From assembly GCA_951406725.2 (NCBI GenBank), contig OX597824.1:78740001-78804000 (forward strand): DNA of 64,000 nt, written 5' to 3'. Shown here one piece after another: positions 1 through 11,526 of this stretch. The first letter of the stretch is position 1. Each line of letters begins with the position of its first letter. The position numbers and the translations under genes were made by a program. Source of the DNA: Octopus vulgaris. Taxonomy: Eukaryota. The notes below the pieces were generated by a model. That model searched no databases. It worked only from the letters and a program-made list of their open reading frames with translations, and had not been told where the DNA came from.

Positions 1-87
1 TTTAACTAAAACGCTTTAAAGTGATGCCCCAGCATGGCCGCAGTCAAATGACTGAAACAAGCAAAAGAAGAAGGAATCTCCACTCAC

Positions 88-431
88 CTGACTTTGGTGT
101 TCCACTGCCAGCATCCAGGCTGTTCTCTTTCTCCTCATCTGAATCGTTATCCCCATTCTCTGAACCCTTCTGTTTCATATCAACATCATCATTATCACTG
201 CCATCACCACCACCATCATCATCACAATCATCATCATCAGCTTCATCTTCCTGATCTTCCGTCCCTTCCTCTACTTGTTCCTTTTCTTCCTCCTCCTCCT
301 CTCCTTCCTCGTCTTCTTCCTCCTCTTCCTCCTGCTTCCGCTGCTTCTTCTTCAGACCATTAACTGAACCCTTGACAGGATTCTGACGTGGGGCCAGATT
401 TGGTCGCACTTTATTCTTCGTGTTGTCTGGC
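88..431 (-). CDS. WDHD1: WDHD1 exon, acidic low-complexity region (PDNTKNKVRPNLAPRQNP...EEEE...GTPKS)
   Basis: tttcag| and |gtgagt; 344 nt, open frame; phase matches the previous exon. Confidence 0.85.
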
Positions 432-904
432 CTGAAAATAGGAATCGAGAATTAATATCCAGAGAGAAAAGATTTTGTTGAAATGATGAATGGTTACTAC
501 CTGCTCCACCAACAGCCCTTCATCACCTCAATGATGATCATGATGATGATGATATAAAATAACTTTTTTTCTCTTTTACTTGTTTCGGTCATTAGACTGT
601 GGCCATAATGGAGCCTCCTTTTGAAGAATTTTAATCAAATTGATCAGTACTTTTCTATTTCTATCTCTCTCTGTCTCATTTATTGTCTGTCTGTCTGTTT
701 GTCTCATGTACTGAGAAAAAAAGGAGAGTCAGAAACAAATACAGATATAGGGTGAAAGTTATAAACAGAGGCAAATGGGAAAACAATGACATAAGAGAGA
801 GGCAGAAAGTGAGAGAGAGATAGAGAGACAGACAGATGGACAGATAGACAGAGATATATTTTATACACACGCACACTCAGGCAGTTGAGAAACTAACAAA
901 AATT

Positions 905-1452
905 GAGACAGACAGTAAATGAGACAGACAGACAGTAAATGAGACAGTCAGACAGTACATGAGACAGTCAGACAGTACATGAGACAGTCAGACATTAAAC
1001 GAGACAGACAGATAGTAAATGAGACAGACAGACAGAAAATGAGACAGACAGACAGACAGTGAGACAGACAGACAGTACATGAGACAAACAGACAGTAAGT
1101 GAGACAGACAGACAGTAAATGAGACAGTCAGACAGTACATGAGACAGTCAGACAGTACATGAGACAGTCAGACATTAAATGAGACAGTCAGACATTAAAT
1201 GAGACAGTCAGACATTAAATGAGACAGACAGACAGTAAGTGAGACAGACAGTAAATGAGACGGTCAGACAGTAAATGAGACAGTCAGACAGTACATGAGA
1301 CAGTCAGACAGTACATGAGACAGTCAGACATTAAATGAGAGACAGACAGAAAATGAGACAGACAGACAGACAGACAGTAAATGAGACAGTCAGACAGTAC
1401 ATGAGACAGTCAGACAGTACATGAGACAGTCAGACAGTACATGAGACAGTCA
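905..1452. repeat. 20-bp minisatellite (GAGACAGTCAGACAGTACAT variants)
   Basis: About 27 tandem units. Confidence 0.95.
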
Positions 1453-1729
1453 AATTCAATGGAATTTGAATGCAGGGTGTAAAGATCTAGAAGAAATGTA
1501 CCTAAGCTTCTTCAGTTTTGATGCTGGAACATTTTAGACGCTTGTCACAGAATTCTACCACACAAGGTTCATACAGGACAAGAATAAGCAGTAAAAACAT
1601 ACAGCACATTCGTAAAAGAGCGAAATGGAAAATATACATCCCTAGATTATTACATGCAATTAAAGATGAAGATTCTGATTGAAGAATCGAGTTTAGTTTG
1701 TCACCATCATCTTGAACCCATCTATTTAC

Positions 1730-2070
1730 CTCTGTTTAGCCAGAATCTTCTTCCTATTGCGCACAGCAGCAGTACCATCATCATCATCATCATTATTATT
1801 ATCACTGCCACGACCACCACCATCCTCTTCTTCTTCTTCAGCAGAAGAAGAAGAAGAGTCTCCATAGCCGTTTGATGCTCTGGACTTCCTCTTCAAAAGT
1901 CGCATCTCTTCCGCCATTCGCCGCTTGTGACCCATCTCATTGATGCGTCCAGCAAGTTGCATCCTCATCAGTCTAGCTGCATACTTGACAGCCAGCTGCA
2001 GAGTGTGTTCATCGGGCATCATCTCGCATATGTCCAGAGCCCTGCATTCTCGTTCCGACCGCACCGAAAG
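1730..2070 (-). CDS. WDHD1: WDHD1 exon (LSVRSERECRALDICEMMPDEHTLQLAVKYAARL...KKILAKQ-R)
   Basis: ttgtag| and |gtaaat; 341 nt; homologous to LSCKLEREFRC..LAIKYA. Confidence 0.94.
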
Positions 2071-2710
2071 CTACAAGACAGAAATTTGAAGAGAATGAAA
2101 ACAGTGACACACAGACAAAAACAAAATAAAAAACACACAAAAAAGAGAATCCGATCCAACATGGAAACCTCTATGTAGTTTTTCAGTGTACTAAAAATAG
2201 CAGCTAAACCACCCCCACTAAACTGCATGCCACTAGGAGCTTGTACACTTTTGTTTGACTTGTGAGAAATAGTAACCAAATCTCACTCAAATTATACCTC
2301 CACCAGCAACCTCAATATAGTTGTTCAATTTGCTGGAAATAGTAGCTAAAACTTCCTCAAATCATACTCTTCAAGGAGTTTCTGTGTGGTTTCTGATCCT
2401 GCAAGAAATATTAGCTAAATCTTCCACAAATTACACCCTAGTAGAAGCATCTTTACAGACTTTTGACTTGCTAGACATAGTAACCAAATCTCAGTTCACA
2501 CTTTAACGAGAGTCTGTAACTTGGTTGTTCAGCCTACAAGAAACAATAGCCAAATTTTCCTCAAATTACATCCAGCTATCTAAAATGATGGGATAGTCAT
2601 GGTTGGAATGTCTTGAGCATAATTCAGATCAAGCAGGGAAAACAATAACATAAAAGATAGGCAGGAAGTGAAACAAACAGGAAGTGAGATATATATATAT
2701 ATATATATAT

Positions 2711-2778
2711 ATATCTGAGCTGATGAAGGAAAAGTGGCGTTTTACCCACAAATCCAGAAACAGACTGTCCTCGGGTAT
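2711..2778 (+). ncRNA. Type I hammerhead ribozyme motif, copy 1 (predicted cleavage after 2769)
   Basis: Stem I ATATCTGAG/CTCGGGTAT; core CTGATGA; stem II GGA..GTGG/CCAC..TCC; GAAA-C-AGACT-G-TC. Confidence 0.75.
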
Positions 2779-3517
2779 CGTATATGGATGTGATCTTTCA
2801 TTGTTTTTCCCTTATTCCTATGTGAGTTATTTTTCTGAGTATACATTGTCTGGAGACTTTTATTTGCAGTTGAAGAAATAGCCAAGTTTTTGGCTGCTAT
2901 TTCGGAAAAGTTCGGTGTGTGGTAAAGTGAATTCTTTTACTTTACCATATTTTTATAAATTAATACTTCAAATACACCGTAAATGGTCTTTACATACCGA
3001 ATACTGCTTGGTCGAATTTATTAATAATTAATTGATTCGACCCCCATTTTCTCATAACAATATAATGCTTTCTCTCCAAGAATTTAAACTGCAGTTTTTA
3101 CCTCTGTAGAAATGGAATGCTCTATGACTCACGTGGGCGGACAGGGAGAATAATAGATCTCATTCGTATTTTTGGATTCGCTAGTACTGGATGTCTGGCA
3201 TAGTTTGTCCGATGTTACAGATATCGGACGGGTATGTTTGATTCTTAGTATTTTCAAATCTAAATCAAAAGAAATCTCTGAGCTGATGAAGGAAAAGTGG
3301 CGTTTTACCCACAAATCCAGAAACAGACTGTCCTCGGGTATCGTATATGGATGTGATCTTTCATTGTTTTTCCCTTATTCCTATGTGAGTTATTTTTCTG
3401 AGTATACATTGTCTGGAGACTTTTATTTGCAGTTGAAGAAATAGCCAAGTTTTTGGCTGCTATTTCGGAAAAGTTTGGTGTGTGGTAAAGTGAATTCTTT
3501 TACTTTACCATATTTTT

Positions 3518-3525
<8 letters not shown>
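2714..3525 (+). mobile_element. Non-coding retrozyme- or Penelope-like element: two 249-bp direct repeats (2714-2962, 3277-3525), each with a hammerhead, inserted in (TA)n
   Basis: I found one mismatch between the repeats; period 563 nt; (TA)n on both flanks. Confidence 0.8.
3277..3338 (+). ncRNA. Type I hammerhead ribozyme motif, copy 2 (predicted cleavage after 3332)
   Basis: Same core as copy 1; stem I TCTGAG/CTCGGG. Confidence 0.75.
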
Positions 3526-3583
<58 letters not shown>

Positions 3584-3796
3584 GAGAGAGAGACAATCAG
3601 ACAGACGGAGATATATTTTACACACACACACACACACACACATACACACAGACAGTTGAGAAACTAACAGAAATTGAGACAGACACACAGACAATAAATG
3701 AGGCAGAGAAACAGTAAATGAGACAGACAGACAGACAGAGAGAAATAGGAAGGCAACAGTAACAATGTGAAGAAATATGTGAATTTAAAAACTTAC

Positions 3797-3928
3797 AGCA
3801 AATGACTTCATGAGTTCTTCTTTCATTCCCCTCACTGCTTCCTCTTGATATCTGGTGTCCACCTCTTCACCCTGCTGGACACACTGCTCAATTGCACTTT
3901 GAACAAAAGTCAGACGCCTAAACTTCTC
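3797..3928 (-). CDS. WDHD1: WDHD1 exon (EKFRRLTFVQSAIEQ...MKEELMKSFA), SepB helical bundle
   Basis: tttcag| and |gtaagt; 132 nt; phase 0-0. Confidence 0.92.
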
Positions 3929-3969
3929 CTGAAACAGAATGAAAAACAAAAACAAAAAAACTATATTAA

Positions 3970-4580
3970 CACCTGGGCAGATACCAGAGGACGCACACTC
4001 TCCTACCCTGATGTAATCTCCAGGGATACAGGCATCCTATTTCTTTACTAGCCACAAGGGGCCAAACACAGAGAGGACGAACAAGGACAGACAAACGGAT
4101 TAAGTCGATCATATCGACCCCAGTGCGTAACTGTACTTATTTAATCAACCCCGAAAGGATGAAAGGCAAAGTCGACCTCGGCGGAATTTGAACTCAGAAC
4201 GTAGCGGCAGATGAAATACGTATTTCTTTACTACCCACAAGGGGCTAAACACAGGGAAGACGAACAAGGACAGACAAACAGATTAAGTCGATCATATCGA
4301 CCCCAGTGCGTAACTGTACTTATTTAATCGACCCCGAAAGGATGAAAGGCAAAGTCGACCTCGGCGGAATTTGAACTCAGAACGTAACGGCAGACGAAAT
4401 ACCGCTAAGCATTTCGCCCGGTGCTCTAACGTTTCTGCCAGCTCGCCTGGATGCCTGTACCCAGGGATACAGGCATCCAGCAACAGGACCTCCGTAATGC
4501 TATGACGGACCGTGAAGTCTGGCATAGCATGGTAAATTCCATTGTCTCGACCACGGGCGAACAATGAATGAATGAATGAT
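3970..4580 (+). mobile_element. 3' end of a second RTE-like LINE, interrupted by a SINE B dimer
   Basis: LSYPDVISRDTGI..DLRNAMTDREVW; (TGAA)n tail; reverse copy near 18790-18945. Confidence 0.65.
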
Positions 4581-4695
4581 CAGTATATCAATTTATATGC
4601 CCACCTAGTTAACTCTTTATCAATTTGTCTACTCGCACATCAGTTCAGCCAGGGCAAAGTTCAGAAAGCTTCTACCCCTACTGATGACAAAGGGC

Positions 4696-5585
4696 GTCTC
4701 ACTCAGAGTGAAAGGTAGATTGTATGATGCATGTGTGCAAACTGCCATGCTTCACGTAGGCTCAAAAGAAATGAAGCTAGCATGATCCGCTGGATGTGTA
4801 ATGTCAGTGTGCATACACAACAGAGTGTAAGCGCCCTGAGAGAAATGTTAGACATAAGAAGCATCGGATGTGGCATGCAAGAGAGACATTTGCATTGGTA
4901 TGGTCATGTACTGTGGATGGACGAGGAGAGCTGTGTGAAGAAGTGCCAGTCCCAAACAGTGGAAGGAATCCAGGGTAGAGGGAGACCCAGGAAAACATGG
5001 AATGAGGTGGTGAAGCATGACCTTTAAACGTTGGGACTCATAGAGGCAATGACAAAAGACGAGACCTCTGGAGGTATGCTGTGACTGAGAAGACCCAGCA
5101 AATGAAGTGAGTCCACAGCAGTAACCTACACTAGTGTCACATAACCAGCCCACTTAAAAGTATTTTGGATCATAGGGCGACACGCCATGCTTGAGGAGAC
5201 CTATTGAGTCAAGTACATCAACATCAGCAATATCAAAATCAAATCAAATGGAAATTGCAGTTGTGAGCCCCATTCCGGTAGCACGTAAAAAGTACCATCC
5301 AAACGTGGCCAATGCGCAGCCTTGACTGGCTTCCGTGCCAGTGGCATGTAAAAAGCACCATCCGATCATGGTTGATGCCAGCTCCTCTGGCCCCTTGTGC
5401 CAGTGGCACATAAAAAGCACCCACTACACTCTTGGAGTGGTTGGCGTTAGGAAGGGCATTCAGCTGCAGAAACACTGACAGATCAGATTAGGGCCTGGTG
5501 CAGCCTCCTGGCTTCCCAGACCCCAGTCGAACCATCCAACCCATGCCAGCATGGAAAACGGATGTTAAACGATGATGATGATGAT
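4696..5585 (+). mobile_element. RTE LINE 3' fragment (same family as 11527-13391) with 3' UTR and (GAT)n tail
   Basis: RRLKRNEASMIRWMC...WYGHVL...GRGRPRKTW. Confidence 0.9.
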
Positions 5586-5636
5586 TCTATGTAAATGTGA
5601 AAATTGTAAATGTGTAAATGTGAAAATTGACATTTG

Positions 5637-6269
5637 GGATCTTTCCCATTTGACCAACAGATTTAAAAAATAATTTTTTGTAACTAAACACTTTCAAACT
5701 TCATATACTGGTAGAATGTGTCATATAAAACATCTTTTGCTCTAAGCATTTTTGAGAAAAGCTTATATTTAGGAAGTTATTTCACGTTAAAGTTCTCGTA
5801 TTTCGGTAATTTCAACCAATCAATGATGTGTATTCAGCTGAATAAAGTACTGCCATTGTTTGTCAACAACTATCGGCGGTGTATTTTTTGTTTGTCACTG
5901 TTATTCATGACATCATTCATGTGTTTGTACTGGTTTTAGCTTTAAGGGGTTAAGGTTAAGGTTTTAGGTTAGGGTTTTAGGGTTAGGGTTGTCATAAATA
6001 TCAGTGACAAACGAAATATACACCGCTGGAAGTTCTTGTAGACAAACAACAGCAGTAATTTTATTCAGCTGAATACACGTCATTGATTGGTTGAAATTAC
6101 TGAAATAGAACAACTTTAACGTGAAATAACTTCATAAATATAAGTTTTTCTCAAAAATGCTAAGAGTAAAAGATGTTTTATATGACATATTCTACCAGTG
6201 TCCGAAGTTTTAAAGTGTTTAGTTGCAAAAAATTATTTTTTAAATCTGTTGGTCAAAAGGTAAAGATCC
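5637..6269. mobile_element. Foldback MITE with long TIRs, 8-bp TSD GACATTTG and central TTAGGG-like repeats
   Basis: GGATC...GATCC termini; inverted arms of about 270 bp; TSD at 5629-5636 and 6270-6277; truncated copy at 48480-48955 and a relative at 15595-16041. Confidence 0.88.
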
Positions 6270-6354
6270 GACATTTGATTTAACCCCATTTGAGAAAAAG
6301 ATTAAGTTAAATGTACAAAACGAAAGTGAAAGTAAACGACAACACTAAACATAC

Positions 6355-6469
6355 TTCATATTGGCTCTTCTCTGTGCTGAGCTCACACATGGGTATCTGC
6401 AGAGGTAACATTCTCAACGTAGGACGTGGAAGAGTTGGTGGAAACCGAGAACCTTTACAGGGGATACAT
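6355..6469 (-). CDS. WDHD1: WDHD1 exon (CIPCKGSRFPPTLPRPTLRMLPLQIPMCELSTEKSQYE)
   Basis: tttcag| and |gtatgt; 115 nt; near-identical to the WDHD1 CIPCKGSRFPPTLPRP motif. Confidence 0.97.
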
Positions 6470-7708
6470 CTGAAATAAAGAGAGAGAGATAAAGAAGGAA
6501 GAACAAAGATTTTTTAAAGGAACAAAAAGCTGAGACAACTAGGCCACTTTGACCCACTTAAACTTTTGCCACAGGGGACTAAAGGTTTGCCAATCAGTCA
6601 AGTGAACAAGTTTCCTATTGGGAGTGTGGTCTAGAGCCATGGAATTCAACCATGTCATTATCCATTTATTAAATTTTCTCTTTAATTACAGACTTTTGAA
6701 AGATCTGCCCACTCAACAAATTTTGAACTTAGCTCATGGACCAATCACTGCTTTCTTTGTGGACTCCCAGATATCCATAGACCTTCAGGAGTCTACATAC
6801 CCTCAGGTTAATAAACGCTGGTCTAAAATGTTATTTTACCCAAAACGACCCTATCAAATTGAAAATTATGATCAAGAGCATTCCAGCTGTGACAATCCTG
6901 TCTTTTGTTTTTCCAATCATAGGTGTATCTTGGACAACATTACTCAATGTATCTGTCCGTGTTTTGTATTAGACAACAAGCTGTCTTGAAAAAGATTTGG
7001 CATCTAGTCAACAACATCAAGTAACAACACAGAATTAATCTCACTGTTTCACATTCTAGTAGCAACAGCACTTCAGATACGAGTCATACAGGAACTTGGG
7101 TTGTACATTAGGCTTCTCAAGAGCAGTAGTTTTCAACCAGGTTTCGTATGGCCTTTTTCTTTGGCGGGGGGGGGGGGGGTCCACATAAAATTTTGTTACC
7201 TTTTTTTTTACTCTTTTACTTGTTTCAGTCATTTGACTGCGGCCATACTGGAGCACCACCTGACGTAAACACACCAGCATCAGTTGTCAAGCAATGTTGT
7301 GGGGACAAACACAGACACACAAACATACATGTATATACATATACATATATACGACGGCCTTCTTTCAGTTTCCGTCTACGAAATCCACTCACAAGGCTTT
7401 GGTCGGCCTGAGGCTATAGTAGAAGACACTTGCCCAAGGTGCCACTCAGTGGGACTGAACCCGGAACCATGTGGTTGGTAAACAAGCTACTTACCACATA
7501 GCCACTCCTGCGCCTATATATATATATATATATACACATAGATATATATACATAGATATATATACATATAAAGATATATAGGATTAAGAGACAGAACCAC
7601 CATCAAAGTAATTCAATCAATAATGAAAGTGAGCTGGCAGACAGCTAGCCAATTACACAGAGACGTTCAGACAGAATGAGAGAATGAGAGAATATAGATA
7701 ACATTTAC

Positions 7709-7770
7709 CTAATCTGTTGTTGAGATTCTAGTATACTGATGATCCAGAAGTGGTCTGATTTTCCTTTTGC
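7709..7770 (-). CDS. WDHD1: WDHD1 exon (AKGKSDHFWIISILESQQQI-R)
   Basis: ttcag| and |gtaaat; 62 nt; homologous to KGKSDHYWVVGI. Confidence 0.94.
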
Positions 7771-7982
7771 CTGAAATATAAAGGTAGAAAGATATTATTA
7801 GTAATTTTGTTCTTTCACTAATGGCTTCAGTCATTAGACTAAATAGCATAGAAAATAATAGGTTTGGTGTATTTGACTAAAAATTGCCTTCCAGGGTTTT
7901 TAGTCAAATATAACAAACCTGTTATTTTGTCTACTATTCATTTTATTGATATACATAGGTGTATGTGTGTGTGTGTGTGTGT

Positions 7983-10265
7983 GAAATTTTTTGGACTAAT
8001 GGATATAAGTCAATTAGTGTGCTGAGTAAAGCACGTTCCACAGTTTAGGTTACCTGGTGTCATCCACAGATGGGTATATTTCCTTTGGATTTACATCAGG
8101 AATTATCCAGTGTTAGTTGAGATAATAATAACTGATGAAGGAAACGGAAGATAGATTTAGCTCTAGTCTTTATTCAGTACGACAATCATTTCCACACATC
8201 CTGTGTCAAGGAACATTCGCACACACATATATACATATTTAAATATATATCTGCGCACTCATATGTACAAATAAAACCTATACTTATATCCACCAATGAA
8301 TAAATATTCGCATATATATATATATACATATCCAAATACGCACCTGTGTACTCATATGTATAAGAAAAACATACATCCGTACATCCACCCACAAACATAC
8401 CTATACGTACAAAAACATACATATGTACACATACACATTTTCACACACCTCGACACCTCAACCCACATCCACTAAATCATAAATTAAAATATATGTCTGC
8501 CCATCTAAAGACGTATATATCCATACACAAAAGTAAACAGAAGTTACTATTAGTTTAGATATAAGTTCATTAATTATAAATTAAATTAATTATAAGTTAG
8601 TAAGTGCCAAATAAACAAAAATGTGTCCGTGCGGGGGCGTGCATGCATATGTGCATTTTGCCGTATCTACTTATATTTACTATATTAGGTTTATCTTTGT
8701 GCTCTTCTTAATTTGTATTCCATTTTATTTATCTATTTATCTATACATGGATATATGATTTAGTGGATGTGGGTTGAGGTGTCGAGGTGTGTGAAAATGT
8801 GTATGTGTACATATGTATGTTTTTGTACATATAGGTATGTTCGTGGGTGGATGTATGGATGTATGTTTTTCTTATACATATGAGTACACAGGTGCGTATT
8901 TGGATATGTATATATGTATATGCGAATATTTATTCATGGGTGGATATAAGTATAGGTTTTATTTGTACGTATGAGTGCGCAGATATATATCTAAATATGT
9001 ATATATGTGTGTGCGAATGTTCCCTGACACAGTATATAAGAGTGTATTAATATTTATGGGTATATGCAGATGTGCGTGTGAGTGTGTATGTTAGTGTATA
9101 GACACCGCTGCCTGTACTGATTTGTCTATAAGCCATGCGATGATAGACATACACTCTGCAATCTAGTGAATATGTAGGGATGTGCCGGTGTGTGTGCATG
9201 TGTGTGTGAGTTTTTGTGTGGACGTGTGGGTTTAGGATTGGATGTGGATGTGTATGTTTTTCTTGTGCGGTGTGGTGGAGGTCGGGCGACTCTCAGCGGA
9301 CCAACCGTGATGAAGACAATGATAATTTAAATTCAAATCCAATAGTGTAATTTATGTCATAAGGAAAATTACTAACTGGAACCCGGACATACATATGTGC
9401 CACTTTGGATCCTAATATAAGCGTTATTAATAATATTATGAATGATAATAATGGTAGCATTAATGGTATTGACAACGATAATGATGCTAACTTTAATGAC
9501 ACTTTGGAAATTAGTAGGAAGTAATATAATGTACTATTGACTATGTATATTTGCATCTAGGTACTAATATGTGTATGTTTATCATCACAATATTAAGTTG
9601 AAAAACTGAAACATTGGACGTGGAACATATATATGTTTACTAATTTATATCATTTATTTACATCATTATGTATATGTATATTTTTATATGTATAGGAGTG
9701 TGAGTATATGCACTCATATGTATATGTATATCTCCAAGGAGGCCTTATGATATTTTTGTAAATGTCTCATTTATATCTATATATTGACCTACCATAAAAG
9801 GCTAATATTGGTAAAATGAGACATACTTATCTACATGGCCGAAACAGCTGTAAGATGTAATCTATACTTATATTTGTATTTACTTATATTTATATTCTCT
9901 TTTTTATATATATTCTACTTATTATACAACATTACTCTTTTATGTACACTTTTTTATGTACATTCCTTTATGTACACTGATTTGTTCTGCTTTTTTATGT
10001 TTAACCCTACAGTCTCTTATGTGGTGGTTTAATAAAGTATGTGATAGAGTATTATCTGGTAATTGATAATTAATTTAGATGTATTTCTCCATTTTCTTAT
10101 CTTGTATTAGTAATTTGTGGTAAATCATTTTACCTTTGCCCATATAATACAGTAAATGAATTGATTGCATCGCAATCCTTAACATTTATGTATTAACTTT
10201 GTTGGGTACTTCACTAGCAGTATATTGGATATATGTTATCCCATGTAGGGTTGCATTTACAACCC
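7983..10265 (+). mobile_element. Penelope-like non-coding relic with an internal inverted repeat (8201-8481 / 8754-9032)
   Basis: Near-identical inverted arms of about 280 bp; truncated CTGATGA motif at 8132 and degenerate hammerhead at 9727; boundaries approximate. Confidence 0.5.
9727..9859 (+). ncRNA. Degenerate type I hammerhead motif with long stem II
   Basis: Stem I TATATCT/AGATGTA; core CCAAGGA (two changes from CTGANGA); stem II GGCC/GGCC plus ATGTCTCATTT/AAATGAGACAT; GAAAC-AGCT-GTA. Confidence 0.6.
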
Positions 10266-11279
10266 CTATCTCAATTTGTATAGTGGCTGTGTGGTAAGTA
10301 GCTTGCTAACCAACCACATGGTTCCGGGTTCAGTCCCACTGCGTGACATCTTGGGTAAGTGTCTTCTGCTATAGCCCCGGGCCGACCAATGCCTTGTGAG
10401 TGGATTTGGTAGACGGAAACTGAAAGAAGCCTGTCGTATATGTGTATATATATGTAAGTGTGTGTGTATATGTTTGTGTGTCTGTGTTTGTCCCCCTAGC
10501 ATTGCTTGACAACCGATGCTGGTGTGTTTACGTCCCCGTCACTTAGCGGTTCGGCAAAAGAGACCGATAGAATAAGTACTGGGCTTACAAAGAATAAGTC
10601 CCGGGGTCGATTTGCTCGACTAAAGGCGGTGCTCCAGCATGGCCGCAGTCAAATGACTGAAACAAGTAAAAGAGTAAAAAGAGCATATATATATATACAC
10701 ATGCATATATATCATCATCATCATCATTTAATGTCTGTTTTCCATGCTGGTATGGGTTGGACAGTTTGACTGAGAACTGGTAATCTGGAAAGCTGCACCA
10801 GGTTCCAATCTGATTTGGCATGGTTTCTACAGCTGGATGCCCTGCCTAATGCTAACCACTCCAAGAGTGTAGTGGGTGCTTTTTACGTGGAACTGGCACA
10901 GGTGTCAGTAAAGAAACACCAGTTTCAGCCACAACCATAATCTCACTTGGCTTGAAAGGCCTTTTTAAGCATGGTGTATTACCAAAGATCTTGGTCACTA
11001 GTCACTGGCTCTATGAGGCAGTCACAGTATCTACACACACACACACACACATATATGTGTGTATATACTCTCTCTTTTATTTGTTTCAGTCATCTGACTG
11101 TGGCCATGCTGGAGCACCGCCTTTAGTCGAGCAAATCGACCCCAGGACTTATTCTTTCTAAGCCTAGTACTTATTCTATCGGTCTCTTTTGCCGAACTGC
11201 TAAGTTATGGGGACTAAACACACCAGCATCAGTTGTCAAGGGATGCTGGGGGGGACAGACACACAAACATTATACAAAT

Positions 11280-11318
<39 letters not shown>

Positions 11319-11526
11319 CACACACACACATATATATATACACACACACACACATATATATACGACAGGCTTCTTTCAGTTTTCATATACCAAATCCACT
11401 CACAAGGCTTTGGTCAGCCTGAGGCTATAGTAGAAGACACTTGCCCAAGGTTCCACACAGTGAGAACAAACCCGGTTGATAAGCAAGCTACTTACCACAC
11501 AGCCACTCCTGCCTCTCTCTCTATAT

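Noticed and set aside
5940-5990. TTAGGG repeats as a telomere or fusion scar
   Set aside because: Short, degenerate and internal to a MITE present in multiple copies
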